Translations under genes and position numbers: made by a program
Shown here: positions 51,574-64,000 of the stretch, in pieces
How positions within the stretch are numbered: position 1 is the stretch's first letter
How the letters are laid out: the number at the start of each line of letters is the position of its first letter
Notes under the pieces: model-generated
The model's input: the letters and a program-made list of their open reading frames with translations, nothing else
Told to the model about the DNA's origin: nothing
The model's database searches: none
Assembly: GCF_009914755.1 (NCBI RefSeq)
Contig: NC_060927.1
Strand: one strand, 5' to 3'
Length of the DNA: 64,000 nucleotides
Origin: the human T2T-CHM13v2.0 reference genome, Homo sapiens

Positions 51574-54379
51574 TCTTATATATACTATATAGTGTCTTTT
51601 TCTACTCGTCGATTGATGGGCATTTGGATTGGTTCCACAATTTTGCAACTGTGAATTGTGCTGCTATAAACATGGGTGTGCAAGTATCTTTTTTTGAATA
51701 ATGACTTCTTTTCCTCTGGGTAGATACCCAGTAGTGGGATTGCTGGATCAAATTGTGGTTCTACATTTGGTTCTTTAAGGAATCTCCACACTGTTTTCCA
51801 TAGCAGCTGTCCTCATTTACATTCCCACCAGCAGTTTAGAAGTGTTCCCTCATAACAGCATCCATGCCAACATCTACTGTTTTTTAATTTTTTGATTATG
51901 GTCATTCTTGCAGGAGTAAGGTGGTATCTCATTGTGGTTTTGATTTGCATTTCCCTGATCATTAGTGATGTTGACCATTTTTTCATCTTTTTTTGGCCAT
52001 TTGTATATCCTTTTTTGAGAATTGTCTATTCGTGTCCTTTGCCTGCTTTTTGATTTTTTTTTTCTGATTTGTTTGAGTTCGTTGTAAATTCTGGATATTA
52101 GTCTTTTGCCAGATGTATAGATTGTGAAGATTTTCTCCCACTCTGGGGTTGTCTGTTTACTCTGCTGACTGTTCCTTTTGCCATGCAAAAGCTTTTTAGT
52201 TTAATTAGATCCCAGCTATTTATCTTTGTTTTTATTACATTTGCTTTTGGGTTCTTGGTCATGAAATCCTTGCCTAAGTCAATGTCTAGAAGGGTTTTTC
52301 CAATGTTATCTTCTAGAATTTTTATAGTTTCAAGTCTTAGTTTTCAGTCCTTAATCCATCTTGAGTTGATTTGTTTATAAAGAGATGAGGATCCAGTTTC
52401 ATTCTCCTACATGTGGCTTGCCAATTATCCCAGCACCATTTGTTGAAAAGGGTGTTATTTTCCCACTTTATGTTTTTGTTTGCTTTGTCGAAGATCAGTT
52501 GGCTGTAAGTATTTGGGTTTATTTCTGGGTTCTCTATTGTGTTCCATTGGTCTATATGCCTATTTTTATACCAGTACCAGGCTGTTTTGGTGACTATGGC
52601 CTTATAGTATAGTCTGAAATCAGGTAGTGTGATGCCTCCAGATTTGTTCTTTTTGCTTAGTCTTGCTTTGGCTATGCATGTTCTTTTTTGGTTTTGTATG
52701 AATTTTAGAATTTTTTTTTTCCAACTTTGTGAAGAATGATGGTGGTATTTTGATGGGGATTGCATCGAATTTGTAGATTGCTTTTGGGAGTATGGTCATT
52801 TTCACAATATTGATTCTACCCATCCATGAGCATGGGATATGTTTCCATTTGTTTGTTTCATCTATGATTTCTTTCAGTAGTGTTTTGTGGTTTTCCTTGT
52901 AGAGGTCTTTTGACTCCTTTGTTAGGTATATTCCTAAGTTTTTAATTTTTTTGTTTTGCAGCTATTGTAAAAGGGGTTTAGTTCTTGATTTGATTCTCAG
53001 CTTGGTCATTGTTGATGTGTAGAAGAGCTACTGATTTGTGTACATTAATCTTGCATCCAGAAACTTTGCTGAATTCTTCTATCAGTTCCAGGAGCTTTCT
53101 GGAATAGTCCTCAGAATTTTCAAGGTAAATGATTATATCGTCAGCAAACAGGGACAGTTTGACTTCCTCTTTACCAATTTGGATTCTCTTTATTTCTGAT
53201 TGCTCTGGCTAGGACTTCCAGTACTATGTTGAAGAAGAGTGGTGAGTGGCCATCCTTGTCTTGTTCTCGTTCTCAGGAGGAATGCTTTCAACTTTCAGTA
53301 TTATGTTGGCTGTGGGTTCGTCATAGATGGCTTTTATTACATTAAGCATTAAGGTATGTCCCTTGTATGGCGATTTTGCTGAGGATTTTAATCATAAAGG
53401 GATGTTAAACTTCGTCAAATGTTTTTTCTGCATCTATTGAGATGATCATGTGATTTTTGTTTCTGTTTGTGTGGTGTATCACATTTATTGACTTGCATAT
53501 GTTAAACCATCCCTGAATCCCTGGTATAAACCCACTTGATCATGGTGGATTATCTTTTTGATATGTTGTTGGATTTGGTTAACTATTATTCTGTTAAGGA
53601 TTTTAGCATCTATGTTCATCAAGGATATTGGTCTGAAGTTTTCTTTTTTGGTTGTGTCCTTTCCTGGTTTTAGTATTAGGATGATGCTGGCTTCATAGGA
53701 TAAATTAGGGAGGGTTCCTTTGTTCTATATCTTGTGGAATAGTGTCAAAGGATTGGTACCAATTCTTTGAATGTCTGGTAGAATTCTGCTGTGAATCCGT
53801 CTGGTCCTAGACATTTTTTTGTTGGTAATTTTAAAATTACCATTTCAATTTCACTGCTTGTTATTGGGTCTGTTCAGGGTATCTAATTCTTCCTAATTTA
53901 AGCTAGAAGGGTTGTATTTTTCTAGGAATTTATCCATCTCTTCTAGGTTTTCAAGTTTATGTGCATAAAGGTGTTCATAGTAGCCTTGAATGATCTTTTG
54001 TATTTCAGCGGTGTCAGTTGTAATATCTCCTGTTTCATTTCCTAGTGAGATTATTTGGATTTTCTCTCTTCTTTTCTTGGTTAATCTTGCTAATGGTCTA
54101 TCAATTTTTTAAAATCTTTTCAAAGAACCAACTTTTTGTTTCATTTATCTTTTGTATTTTTTTGTTTGTTTGTTTCAATTTCATTTAGTTCTGCTCTGAT
54201 ATTTGTTACTTCCTTTATTCTTCTGGGTTTGGGTTTGGTTTGTTCTTGTTTCTCTAGTTTGTTGAGGCATGACCTTAGATTGTCTGTTTATGCTCTTTTT
54301 ATGCTCTTTCAGACTTTTTGATGTCAGTGTTTAAGGCTGTGAACTTTCCTCTTAGCACAGCCTTAGCTGTAACCAAAGG

Positions 54380-54534
54380 TTTTTTTTTTTTTTGACAGAG
54401 TCTCGCTTTATCACCCAGGCTGGAGTGCAGTGGTGCTATCAGGGCTTGCTGCAGGCTCCACCTCCCGGGTTCAAGCGATCCTCATGTCTCAGCCTCCCGA
54501 GTAGCTGATTACAGGTGCCCACCACCTGTAATCC
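54380..54534 (-). mobile_element. Alu right arm only, at the L1PB deletion junction
   Basis: Poly-T, then gacagagtctcgct..cacccaggctggagtgcagtgg...gattacaggtg. Left arm absent. Confidence 0.92.
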
Positions 54535-55269
54535 ACAAAAGCCAGAAAGTTAACTTGACTCAGCTCCAGGTAAAGTCAGAAACTTCTCCCACAAACAGAT
54601 CTTCAGCTTCTTCCCTTTCCCACTTCCACAGCTGGGGCACTCACAGTATTTCAGGTGTCTCCCAGGTCCTGTAGGAGCAGTCTGCTTCCTTCAGAGAGTC
54701 TGTAGGTCCTCTTGGGATTGCTGGTTTGTTTTTGCAGTTGGTCTGGAGCTAAAATTCACAATGCAAGCCTCTGCATGCTGCTCTGTCTGGAGCTGCAATC
54801 TAGTCCTGCTTCCCATCTGCCATGATCCCCCATATTCAATAAATTTTGAAAAAAAAATCCACAGCCAAAAGAAGTCCATAAAAGGCTAGCAGATTGCTGA
54901 AGAGTGTTTCTGATGTTCGTAGCCTGGGATCAAGTGGCTTAAGATGTGTGTTTCAAGATGGGTAGTTGATTAGGATTGGCCAGATTTTGTGACATTATCT
55001 GATTGGTAGAGAAAGTCTTGCAAAGTGAATGCTTGCTTGATAAGTGTGAACAGTTGATTGCCTGCTAGGAGAGCTGATTGCTTAGATGAGTAGACTGTAT
55101 GGATAAGTGAGTATTTCTGAAGCAAAGATTGATGTATTTTATTGGATTGCAGCATTATCTTCTGGGGCAAAAATGTCCTGTGTTACATTGATACTTGCAC
55201 CTCCTGTATCTCAGTCCTGATAGATAAGGTTATGGAATCACATGGCCTCAATTCTCAAATACTATGGAA

Positions 55270-55410
55270 GAAAGAAAATGTAGAACATCAGGGTAAGGAG
55301 ACTGGGATGCCACAGAGGGGGCAGGTTACAGTGTTTAATTGAATGTTCACCAGTGGTCTTGTGGTGAAAATGAGATTTTATTAAAGACTTGCAGGAGGTA
55401 TGGATGATAT
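55270..55410 (-). mobile_element. L2 fragment
   Basis: cagggtaaggagactggga...gagattttattaaagacttgcaggagg. Confidence 0.55.
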
Positions 55411-56949
55411 CAAAGTGTAATATATGGCTTATTGTCTACTTGATTAAATTTCTCTAGATTTAGCCTGGGTCCAAGTTTAATGTAAGCTAATTACTCCTTA
55501 GAATGGTCAAGAAAATTCTACTTTGTCCTTAACTTTTTCCAAATATTTATAATAAAACATATGTTTGCAGTTTTAATTTTCTGTTAATTGCCTCAGCACA
55601 AAGCTTTATTCTAATTGAAGAAACTTGGTTGAAGTGTCGGAGAATAGGAAGCTTAAGGAAGGGTGAGGTGTGCATTTAAGTATTCATCATGGGGTCATTT
55701 TTGAGATTCTTCTTTTTATCTCTTCATTGCTTTTTAACTAACCTGAGGATGCTCTGAGTCTACAAAAGAGACAATGTCTCTTCTAACCTGCCTTTAATCA
55801 ATCCTCTCTATTAACAATGTCCCACTGGAAACATCCATTTAATGACCAACTGTTAATTTTTGTTTTTGTTTAAGAACATACCATGTTCTTCAATTTTGCT
55901 TCAACTTTAGAATGTTTTTAGAAATTACGTTTAACTTTTGCATTTTGAGAACCATTATTTCATGCTATAGATGACTTTTCTTCTATTTAAAATCTTAGTG
56001 ACCACTTAGCAGGCAGATTTGCATTGTTCCTAACTAGTATTATAGGAAAATCTATCCTGAAATGAACCTATTTGATTGATCAATAGCTAAAGTAAGCCAA
56101 GTGGACAACTTTAGTTCTTTTTTAGAAGCCACACAATTCAAAAACTAGATAACAGCAAATCAATTTTTCTAATTTATAATTCAGCAAGATAATTTTTTGA
56201 ATTTTAATTTTATTTTCCGGATTAAGTGTTGTTATAGCAAAGCTAAAAAAAAAACACACTGAAGTCTAATGTTAGGTTTATTCTTGAATCATAAATAGAT
56301 TTTTCTATATTGAATAAATGCACACTTTCCACTAACCATAAGGTAATTAAGGCACACTGTGTAATGTGGACTTTTAATTCAAAGAGACAACGCATATGCT
56401 AAATCCCATCAGATGTGGGCTGAAGAAAGAATGCAACTTCTGATTTCATTTTTTTCTGCAGATATCAGTATATAAATTCATTCAAAGCCAACAAAAAAAG
56501 AGTTTTATTTTCCTCTCAATAAAGTGTGAGTTATGTTTAAAGCAGGTACTGGAGTGGTAATTTGCACTGCTGAATGCACAGTGAGTATTTATTTAATATA
56601 TGTTGAGTATTTAATTAATTGACCTCCATTATTGCAGTTCGAGAAACAGACAAATAATACATCATCCGGAGTTTCGTCCCTGGCTCTTTCACATAAGTTT
56701 ATGCCACTCAGTTTTTCACTACCATGTATCTTCCAACCTAATGTATTCTTGTGAATCTGGGCTTGAGATCAGAAATAAAGAAAATTTAATTTAACATGAA
56801 AAACTGCATTTTCAGACTTTTTTAATTCTCTGTAACCACTAGTTCTATATTTTATTAATAATATTGTCTTTGAATTCATGCATTTTACATAATTTTTTCC
56901 TTTTTACTACTATTTGTGGTATATCTGTATAGGTTGCCACATGAATACC

Positions 56950-57120
56950 TACCATTGATTACAATCTTTCTAAGCCTCATAATAACTCTATCATTATTCC
57001 CATTTTCCAGATAAAAAAGCTGAGGATTAAAGATATAATGTAAGTTGTCCAGTTTCATAAATAATATTATTAATTTTTTCAAATACCCCTTATGTCAGAA
57101 GACTTGACTCAACTTGACAT
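56950..57120 (-). mobile_element. MIR SINE fragment
   Basis: attattcccattttccagataaaaaagctgagg...aagttgtcca. Confidence 0.7.
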
Positions 57121-58714
57121 TACCATTAGGATTGCCCTGTTGTCCACATCCATTCACCAACCATACTGCCTCCCACTTCTTCAGGGAGAGTGGCACATTT
57201 CATCTGAGTGGGGACTTAGATCAACTGAAGGCCACTCTTCACTTCATTCTTCTTTGGTGGATAAACCTAATTTCTTCTTTTCAATCAAGAGGCATTTCTT
57301 AAATGAAAAAAACAAAATCAACGAGCTTGGGTAACAGAGTTTCTTAATGTCCTTAGGAGATGCAGAACCCATGCTCAGCAGAGAGCTAAGAATCTTTAAT
57401 GCCTTCCAAGAGATTGTCTGTTGGAATTCAGTCTGTATACAGCTAAGCCAGATTCAGTGTGCTTGTAGTCAGAAATCAGAATAACTTTCTGAATCTCACA
57501 CATGCTTTTTGTTGTGCAACTCTCAGAGGCTTTCTGTAGAGGGTACAGCAACCTAGCTAATTCCATGCAAACTTCTGCAGCAAAGAGGTTCAAGAGAAAG
57601 AATTATTCAGGGTAACATAAATAAATAAAGACTCCCTTTTTGTTGCTTATATATGCCAACAAAAAGAGGACTATTATAAAATTTCATGTAATTATAATTA
57701 CTTTATCATTCTAACAAAATCTATTAGCTAACAAATTCCTTGGCCAATTATTCCAAGTGAAACAGTTACCATGCACTTTGGAAAACAAGATTAAGACTTT
57801 TATAAGTCATATATTCCATATTTACTTGCATTCTTATTTTTCAACTAATTACTTAGTTCAACCTAATTTATCTTCATGTTCCTGCCATGGGGCAACCATA
57901 AGGTATCTTGCTTTGAGAAACCATGATACATTTCTCTTAATGCCAAGATCACTTACAAAAATATGATTGCTACATATTCAAGTTCTATATTTCTACAAGT
58001 TCTAGCCTAATAATTACTCAAGCTTGAATTCCTTTTATAAACCTGAATAAGAAGTATTGACTGAAAAATAAAGTAAGCAAGTATATTTTCATGCCAGAAA
58101 GGGATCTTACACTTGTTCATGGTTAAGTGACAATGAATAATAAATATGTGGACAGAAACAGCACTACTCATTTGCATTTAAGAAATGCAGTTATTTCCAA
58201 ATGTGTCTACACTTACTGCAATATGTTCCTCAAGGTCCCTGTGCTCCAGGTCATCTAGTCCAGCCCAGGGCAAAGTTATAGGGTGGGTGAAATTTGCCTT
58301 CATATACAATTTCAATTTGCCTATTTCTTAGTAGTGCTTTTCCTGTAATTATTCCTTTATTCTCTGCTCACGTTTTTATTGTCCTGATACTTTAGTGTAA
58401 ATTAAGCTATACACTTTTTCTAGTGTATTTTCGTTTTTATTCTTCTCTTTGAAGGTGTTACAAGAGACTTTGCCTCCAATACCAGGAAATTTAGGGATCC
58501 TTATCTGGTGTGTAATTCCACTGCAGTATTTTAGTATTTATTAAAAAGTTTATTTAAAATAAATGTATAATATTGGCTCCTGTTTATTTCCTAAAATTCT
58601 CTTATTCCAGATTGCACTCTGACTAAATGCATGTTTATGTACTTTAAATTAAAGGATTATAATAGCTTCCTGTATGTCATCACCTCATTCATTAATTTTC
58701 CCATCTCCCTTTAC

Positions 58715-59007
58715 TTTTTTTTTTTTTGAGACAGAGTCTTGCTCCGTCACCCAGGCTGGAGTGTAGTGGCATGATCTCTGCTCATTGTACCTCCGCCTCC
58801 CAAGTTCAAGCGATGCTCCTGCCTCAGCCTCTTGAGTAGCTGGGACGACAGGCATGCACCACCACACATGGCTAATTTTTGTGTTTTTAGTAGAGACGAG
58901 GTTTCACCATGTTGACCAGGCTTGTCTTGAACTCCTAATTTCAAATGATCTTCCCACCTTGGCCTCCCAAGATGTTGGGATTACAGCCACGAGCCACCGC
59001 ACGTGGC
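58715..59007 (-). mobile_element. Full-length Alu (AluS-like)
   Basis: Dimeric Alu with poly-T. TSD cccatctcc(c/t)tttac at 58700-58714 and 59008-59022. Confidence 0.97.
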
Positions 59008-59211
59008 CCCATCTCCTTTTACGTTTTACCATCCTTTCTAAACTTGACTTAATCTCTTTTTGTTACATTTGCACAAATCTGTTGTTAAAAAAAAACTTTT
59101 TAATGACACCCTGTATGTTCTAAAGAATGGCCTCTATAAGTACATGAACTTGAAGTAATTTCCTGATCTTAATGTGTTGATAACACATTAATAACATTAA
59201 GAATAATGATA

Positions 59212-59346
59212 TTCTTTTATTTTAGATTCCAGAGGTACATGTGCAGGTTTGTTACAAAGGTAGAGTGTGTGATGCTGGGGTTTGGAGTACGATTGAACAG
59301 ACACTTCTCAAAAGAGGACATACAAGTGGCTAACAAACACATTTAA
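59212..59346. mobile_element. Miniature two-orientation L1 fragment (minus 3' end plus sense ORF2 piece)
   Basis: ggtacatgtgcaggtttgttaca (minus 3' UTR) joined at tgaac to agacacttctcaaaagaggacatacaagtggc (sense ORF2). Confidence 0.85.
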
Positions 59347-60039
59347 AAATTTGGGATTTTTGAGGAAGGACATAAGATGTCAAAAATAAATATCAAAGTA
59401 GATAAAGAAGTCATTGGGCAAAATGGTACATTTAAGTTCGGAAACAAAAGCACTGAATTTTGAATGTTTTTCCATCTTTTAAAATAATGGTTAACATGGC
59501 ATTGTTGTTTACAAGGATTTGGCAATCTGAATAAAAAAATTGCCCTTTTCTCTTAGTGCATTAATTAGAAGTGCCAAATAAGATAAACACTCCAGTGAAA
59601 TACAATGAAGCTCTCTTCCTTCTGAAATGTTTCCATGGTGCCCGCTTTGATTTCATCTCAGTCTCTCAGTCTCCACCCAAAGGCATTGTTTTGTTGCTCT
59701 AATCATTAATATTGACATGCAATCATTAATACACAAGCTTACTTCTATAAATAGGATTTATGTATTGTCAAAAATTATGGAAGATAAAATGCTACATATA
59801 ATGGCATTCTAATTCACTCAGACTTTCTTTGCTTCTCTCTCTAGCTTTACACACACACACACAACGTCATACTAAGGAAATCTTGAGAAGCTGGCAAACC
59901 TCTATGTTCATTGTATGAGGGGGAGGTGATAGCACTAGTGTATCCCAACAGAAGCAGTCTTTGGGCAGTTAGTAAGATGTTCCTATAAGGGAAGTGACAA
60001 TAATATCTGCAATTCACAGCTCTTACACAAAACTCTGGG

Positions 60040-61620
60040 AATGTATTTATGCACATGTTATATACTCACATACTCATTTCAGCGATCTGAAGCTCTATTT
60101 CTCTTTCATGTACTCAGTTTCCTTTGAGTTTTCTTTTCCCAACTTATACCAAGACATTGTCCTATCCAGAATTTTCAGCCAATATAGCATATTCCCCACT
60201 GAATCTGCATACAGTGTCTCTAAACAGTTGAGTCAGTTCTATCTCTCCATCTACACTGACTCACATCTCAGTCCCCATGCCTCTTCCTGGCCCAGCTCCT
60301 CCATAGATGAACTTGTGGATCTCACCACTTACAGGATCTTGCCATTTCAGAGTGATTATTTACTTCAGTGCATCTCAGACTGCTCAGTCCCTTGATATCA
60401 TGCCTTATTTCCCAGATAAGCCATATTTTGGTTCCTTGATAAATGCATGTTTTGACAGGAAATTTGATTTAATAGGACATTTAAGGAGCTCCAGTCTATA
60501 CATCCCAGTATGGCCAAGTATTCACAGTGGGCCATCCTCCTTGCTGTTCTGATTGAGGATAGCGTCACTGAGCCACTCTTACTGCAAAACCCGTCTGGAA
60601 CATACTGTCCTTCCTCTGATCACTGGAGCTCTCATATTGCTTTTACATTACAGTTTCCGGTAATAGAGAATAGGATAGGTCAATTGCATCTAATTTCCTG
60701 AGTTCAGCATCATTCTGTGTGCCTCAATTCATAGTATGGGCTTTTGGACTGATCATCATTTCATGTTTTGCACTGAAATCCTGCATTTTCTCCAGAGATT
60801 ATTTATAACCTGGGAGGCTTGCTTCCTTATAGGGATGGAAACCAACTCCTAACATCCAGCAGCCCTCGCTGATGCCTATTGCCAATCTGGGTTTGCTTTC
60901 CCAGACTCTGTTGCCCCTTAAAGCTTGTTCCTGTGCCTGCCCAGCTCTGTGGGTTTTGTGTTAGGTTTCATCATCACCATTTCTCACTTGACTGTCTTAC
61001 TGAGAGTAAAAGACTAACAAGCCACTTAGGCCCTAGACATGAGAATATACATCTTAGTTCATATGCTGGAAAGACTGATCCTATTTCCTAGAAATTTGAA
61101 TGTATTATGAGGAAGAGACAAACTTCTTTTTTATGAAAGTCATCAAAGAATGGAATTATCAAGAAGGGCCGCTTTGCCCTTTCCTGCCACTATTGTGTCT
61201 CCCTTGTCTTTTTAATCCAGCAGGTATTTGTTCCCAAAGCCCCCACCTCTGAAAATGTACAGTGCCTAAGTATCAGTAGCTACTGTCTTTAACCAAAGAT
61301 GCTCAATTACTGGGTGGAGAAGACCTTGTACTCTTCCTCTAATGAAATGTAGTTCAGTAGAATGAAGTCATATGAAATAGAAGAACTGCCTGTCTTCCTG
61401 AGCATCATCTCAGGCTGTTTAGTTACTAAGCTGATATTCTTCACATCCAAGCCCACGGTCTTATCTTTCTTAGCTGCCTAAGTTGCTGCCTAGGTTGGAG
61501 GAAAACTGTCCCCCTTTCCAGAAAGATACTACAATCTACTGTTCAGAAAACCCTGAGACTATGCAGCAGAGGGAATTGGAATACCAATCTACTTACTCCT
61601 TTTTTTGTATGAGGGATATT
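60040..61620. mobile_element. Probable decayed LTR-retrotransposon internal sequence (ERVL/MaLR-like)
   Basis: Pyrimidine-skewed block, GC-richer than its flanks, with the general character of reverse MaLR/ERVL internal DNA. No diagnostic peptide recognised. Confidence 0.3.
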
Positions 61621-61694
61621 ATTTCTTGTAATTTTAAAAAGTAAATTCATGGAAATTACCTGGGATGCATTTATTAGACTGCATTTATTATTAG

Positions 61695-63318
61695 ATGCAT
61701 TTATTATATAAATATAAATATATATAAATGTATATATTTATATTATATATAATTATATATAAATCTATATATTTATGTTATATATAAAAATCTATATATT
61801 TATGTTATATATATAAATATATATATGTTATATATATAAATATATATATTTATATATTATATATGAATATATATATTTATATATAATATAAATATATATA
61901 TTTATATTATATATAAATATATATATTCATATATAATATAAATATATATATTCATATATTATATAAATATATATATTTATATTATATATAAATATATAAA
62001 TTTATATAATATATAAATATATAAAAATATATATTTTATATTATATATAAAATATATAAATATATATTTATATATATATAATATATATAAATATATATAT
62101 TATATATATAAAATATATATAATAAAATATATATATAAAATATATATAAATATGTATAAAATATATATATAAAAATATATAAATATATAAAAATATATAT
62201 TTTATATTATATATAAAAATATATATAAATATATATTTATTTATATATATTTATATAAATATATATTATATATATTTATATAAATATATATAATATATAT
62301 TTATATAAATATATATTATATATATTTATATAAATATATATTATATATATTTATATAAATATATATTATATATATTTATATAAATATATATTATATATAT
62401 TTATATAAATATATATTATATATATTTATATAAATATATATTATATATATTTATATAAATATATATTATATATATTTATATAAATATATATTATATATAT
62501 TTATATAAATATATATTATATATATTTATATAAATATATATTATATATATTTATATAAATATATATTATATATATTTATATAAATATATATTATATATAT
62601 TTAAATATAAATTTATAAATATATAAATATATTAAATATATAAATATATATTTAATATAAATTTAAATATATATTTATACATATAAATAAATATATATAT
62701 TTATATATATTTATGTATATATATTTATATATATTTATATATATTTATATATTTATATATATATAAATTTATATAATATATATTATTAAATATATAATTT
62801 ATATATATATTTAATAATATATATTATATATAATATATAATAATATATAAATATATATTATATTTATATATATAAAAATATATAAATATGTATTATATTT
62901 ATATATAAAAATATATAAATATATAAATATATATTTACATCTATATATAAATTTATATATTTATATATAAATATAAATATATATTTATATATAAAGATAA
63001 ATATATATTTATATATAAATTTATATATTTCTATATATAAATATATATTTATATATAAATTTATATATTTATATATATAAATATATATTTATATATAAGT
63101 TTATATATTTATATATATTTATATATATAAATTTATATATTTATATATATTTATATATATAAATTTATATATTTATATAAATTTATATATTTATATATAA
63201 ATTTATATATTTATATAAATTTATATATTTATATATAAATTTATATATTTATATAAGTTTATATATTTATATATTTATATGTAAATTCATATATTCATAT
63301 TCATATTTATATTTATAT
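61695..63318. repeat. ~1.6-kb almost pure A/T tandem and low-complexity tract with a 25-bp minisatellite core (62241-62602)
   Basis: (ttatatatatttatataaatatata) x14 plus related degenerate units on both sides. Confidence 0.98.
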
Positions 63319-64000
63319 TGAAACCCGATACCTGAAAATATAGTAGTATTTCTTAAAGTGACACAGAAATGAAATTTGATACCTGAAAACATAATGGTAT
63401 TTAAGAAGTTACAGAAGTAAACATATTCTGAAATTAGAAGCTTGATCCCCTCTAGTCTGTATTGTCACTATAATGGGTTCTAAGCTATGGTTGATCTTTT
63501 ATAAAATTGAAAATTTGTGGGATTAATGTGTTGATAACACTTAGACATATCTGTGACCTACATCTAATCTGAACTATTTCTATTCTCTTCTACATTATAC
63601 TTATCACCAGCAATCTTCTAAAAGTACATTCAAGAATATGCAATCATATTTATGCATTATTTGAGCTAGATAAATGTTAAGGAATCATATAATAAATTCA
63701 TATATCATATATATGTAATCAGGTAAAGAATAAAAGTTATAAGGTTTACTAATAAATCAATTGTTAGTAATTCTAAAATTAATTGTATAGAATTTGTCAA
63801 CATTTTTATATCAATACTTGTAAAATTCAAATTAAAAATATTTAATGGTGGCTAGCATTTTTTAAGTGTTTAACAGGCATTAGGTGTTTTAGCTCCATAA
63901 ACTTGTTTCATTTCTACGACCACACTATGAGACAATCAATTACTTTAAGTACTTTACATGGCTGTTATCAAAAAGACAAAAAAATGTTGTTGAGAATATG

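Larger units (their letters stand above)
51176..54830 (-). mobile_element. L1PB (L1PB1-like) element with both ends but a large internal deletion
   Basis: L1PB 3' UTR (ttattggggtacaggtggtatttggttacatga). ORF2 peptide [34 protein letters not shown]1PB 5' end at 54535-54830. Possible degenerate TSD catatt...aaatttt. Confidence 0.93.

Noticed and set aside
51388-51701. ORFs with YIYIYI repeats
   Set aside because: Translation of a (TA)n microsatellite inside L1PB.
59169-63540. Identical 18-mer ttaatgtgttgataacac at 59169 and 63523
   Set aside because: One such match is plausible by chance in 64 kb of AT-rich DNA, and the flanks do not extend the alignment.

Overview
This is AT-rich, CpG-depleted primate (very likely human) non-coding DNA, either intronic or intergenic. 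AluY/AluS, L1PA/L1PB, THE1, MADE1 and MER41-type elements show the primate origin. I see no intact protein-coding gene, RNA gene, CpG island or CRISPR array. Most of the window is layered transposon fossils: LINE-1, L2, MIR, Alu, ERV1/ERVL/MaLR LTRs, an ERVL pol remnant, hAT and mariner MITEs, and a Ricksha (MULE) element with a decayed transposase. The recognisable ORFs in the track are decayed TE proteins, and the rest look like chance ORFs. I found no evidence of a new multi-gene biological system. The most notable signals are structural: (i) several local templated-copy or fold-back scars (an inverted self-copy inside an L1, two ~200-250 bp dispersed duplications, a triple-templated L1 5' junction, a half-Alu hairpin at an L1 deletion); (ii) a perfect 4 x 44 bp VNTR; (iii) a ~1.6 kb almost pure A/T tract whose core is 14 tandem 25-bp units built on a 22-bp palindrome; (iv) an unexplained mRNA-like segment at ~25.1-26.0 kb. 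Repeat subfamily names come from recalled consensus sequences and need RepeatMasker/Dfam confirmation. Boundaries of old elements are approximate.
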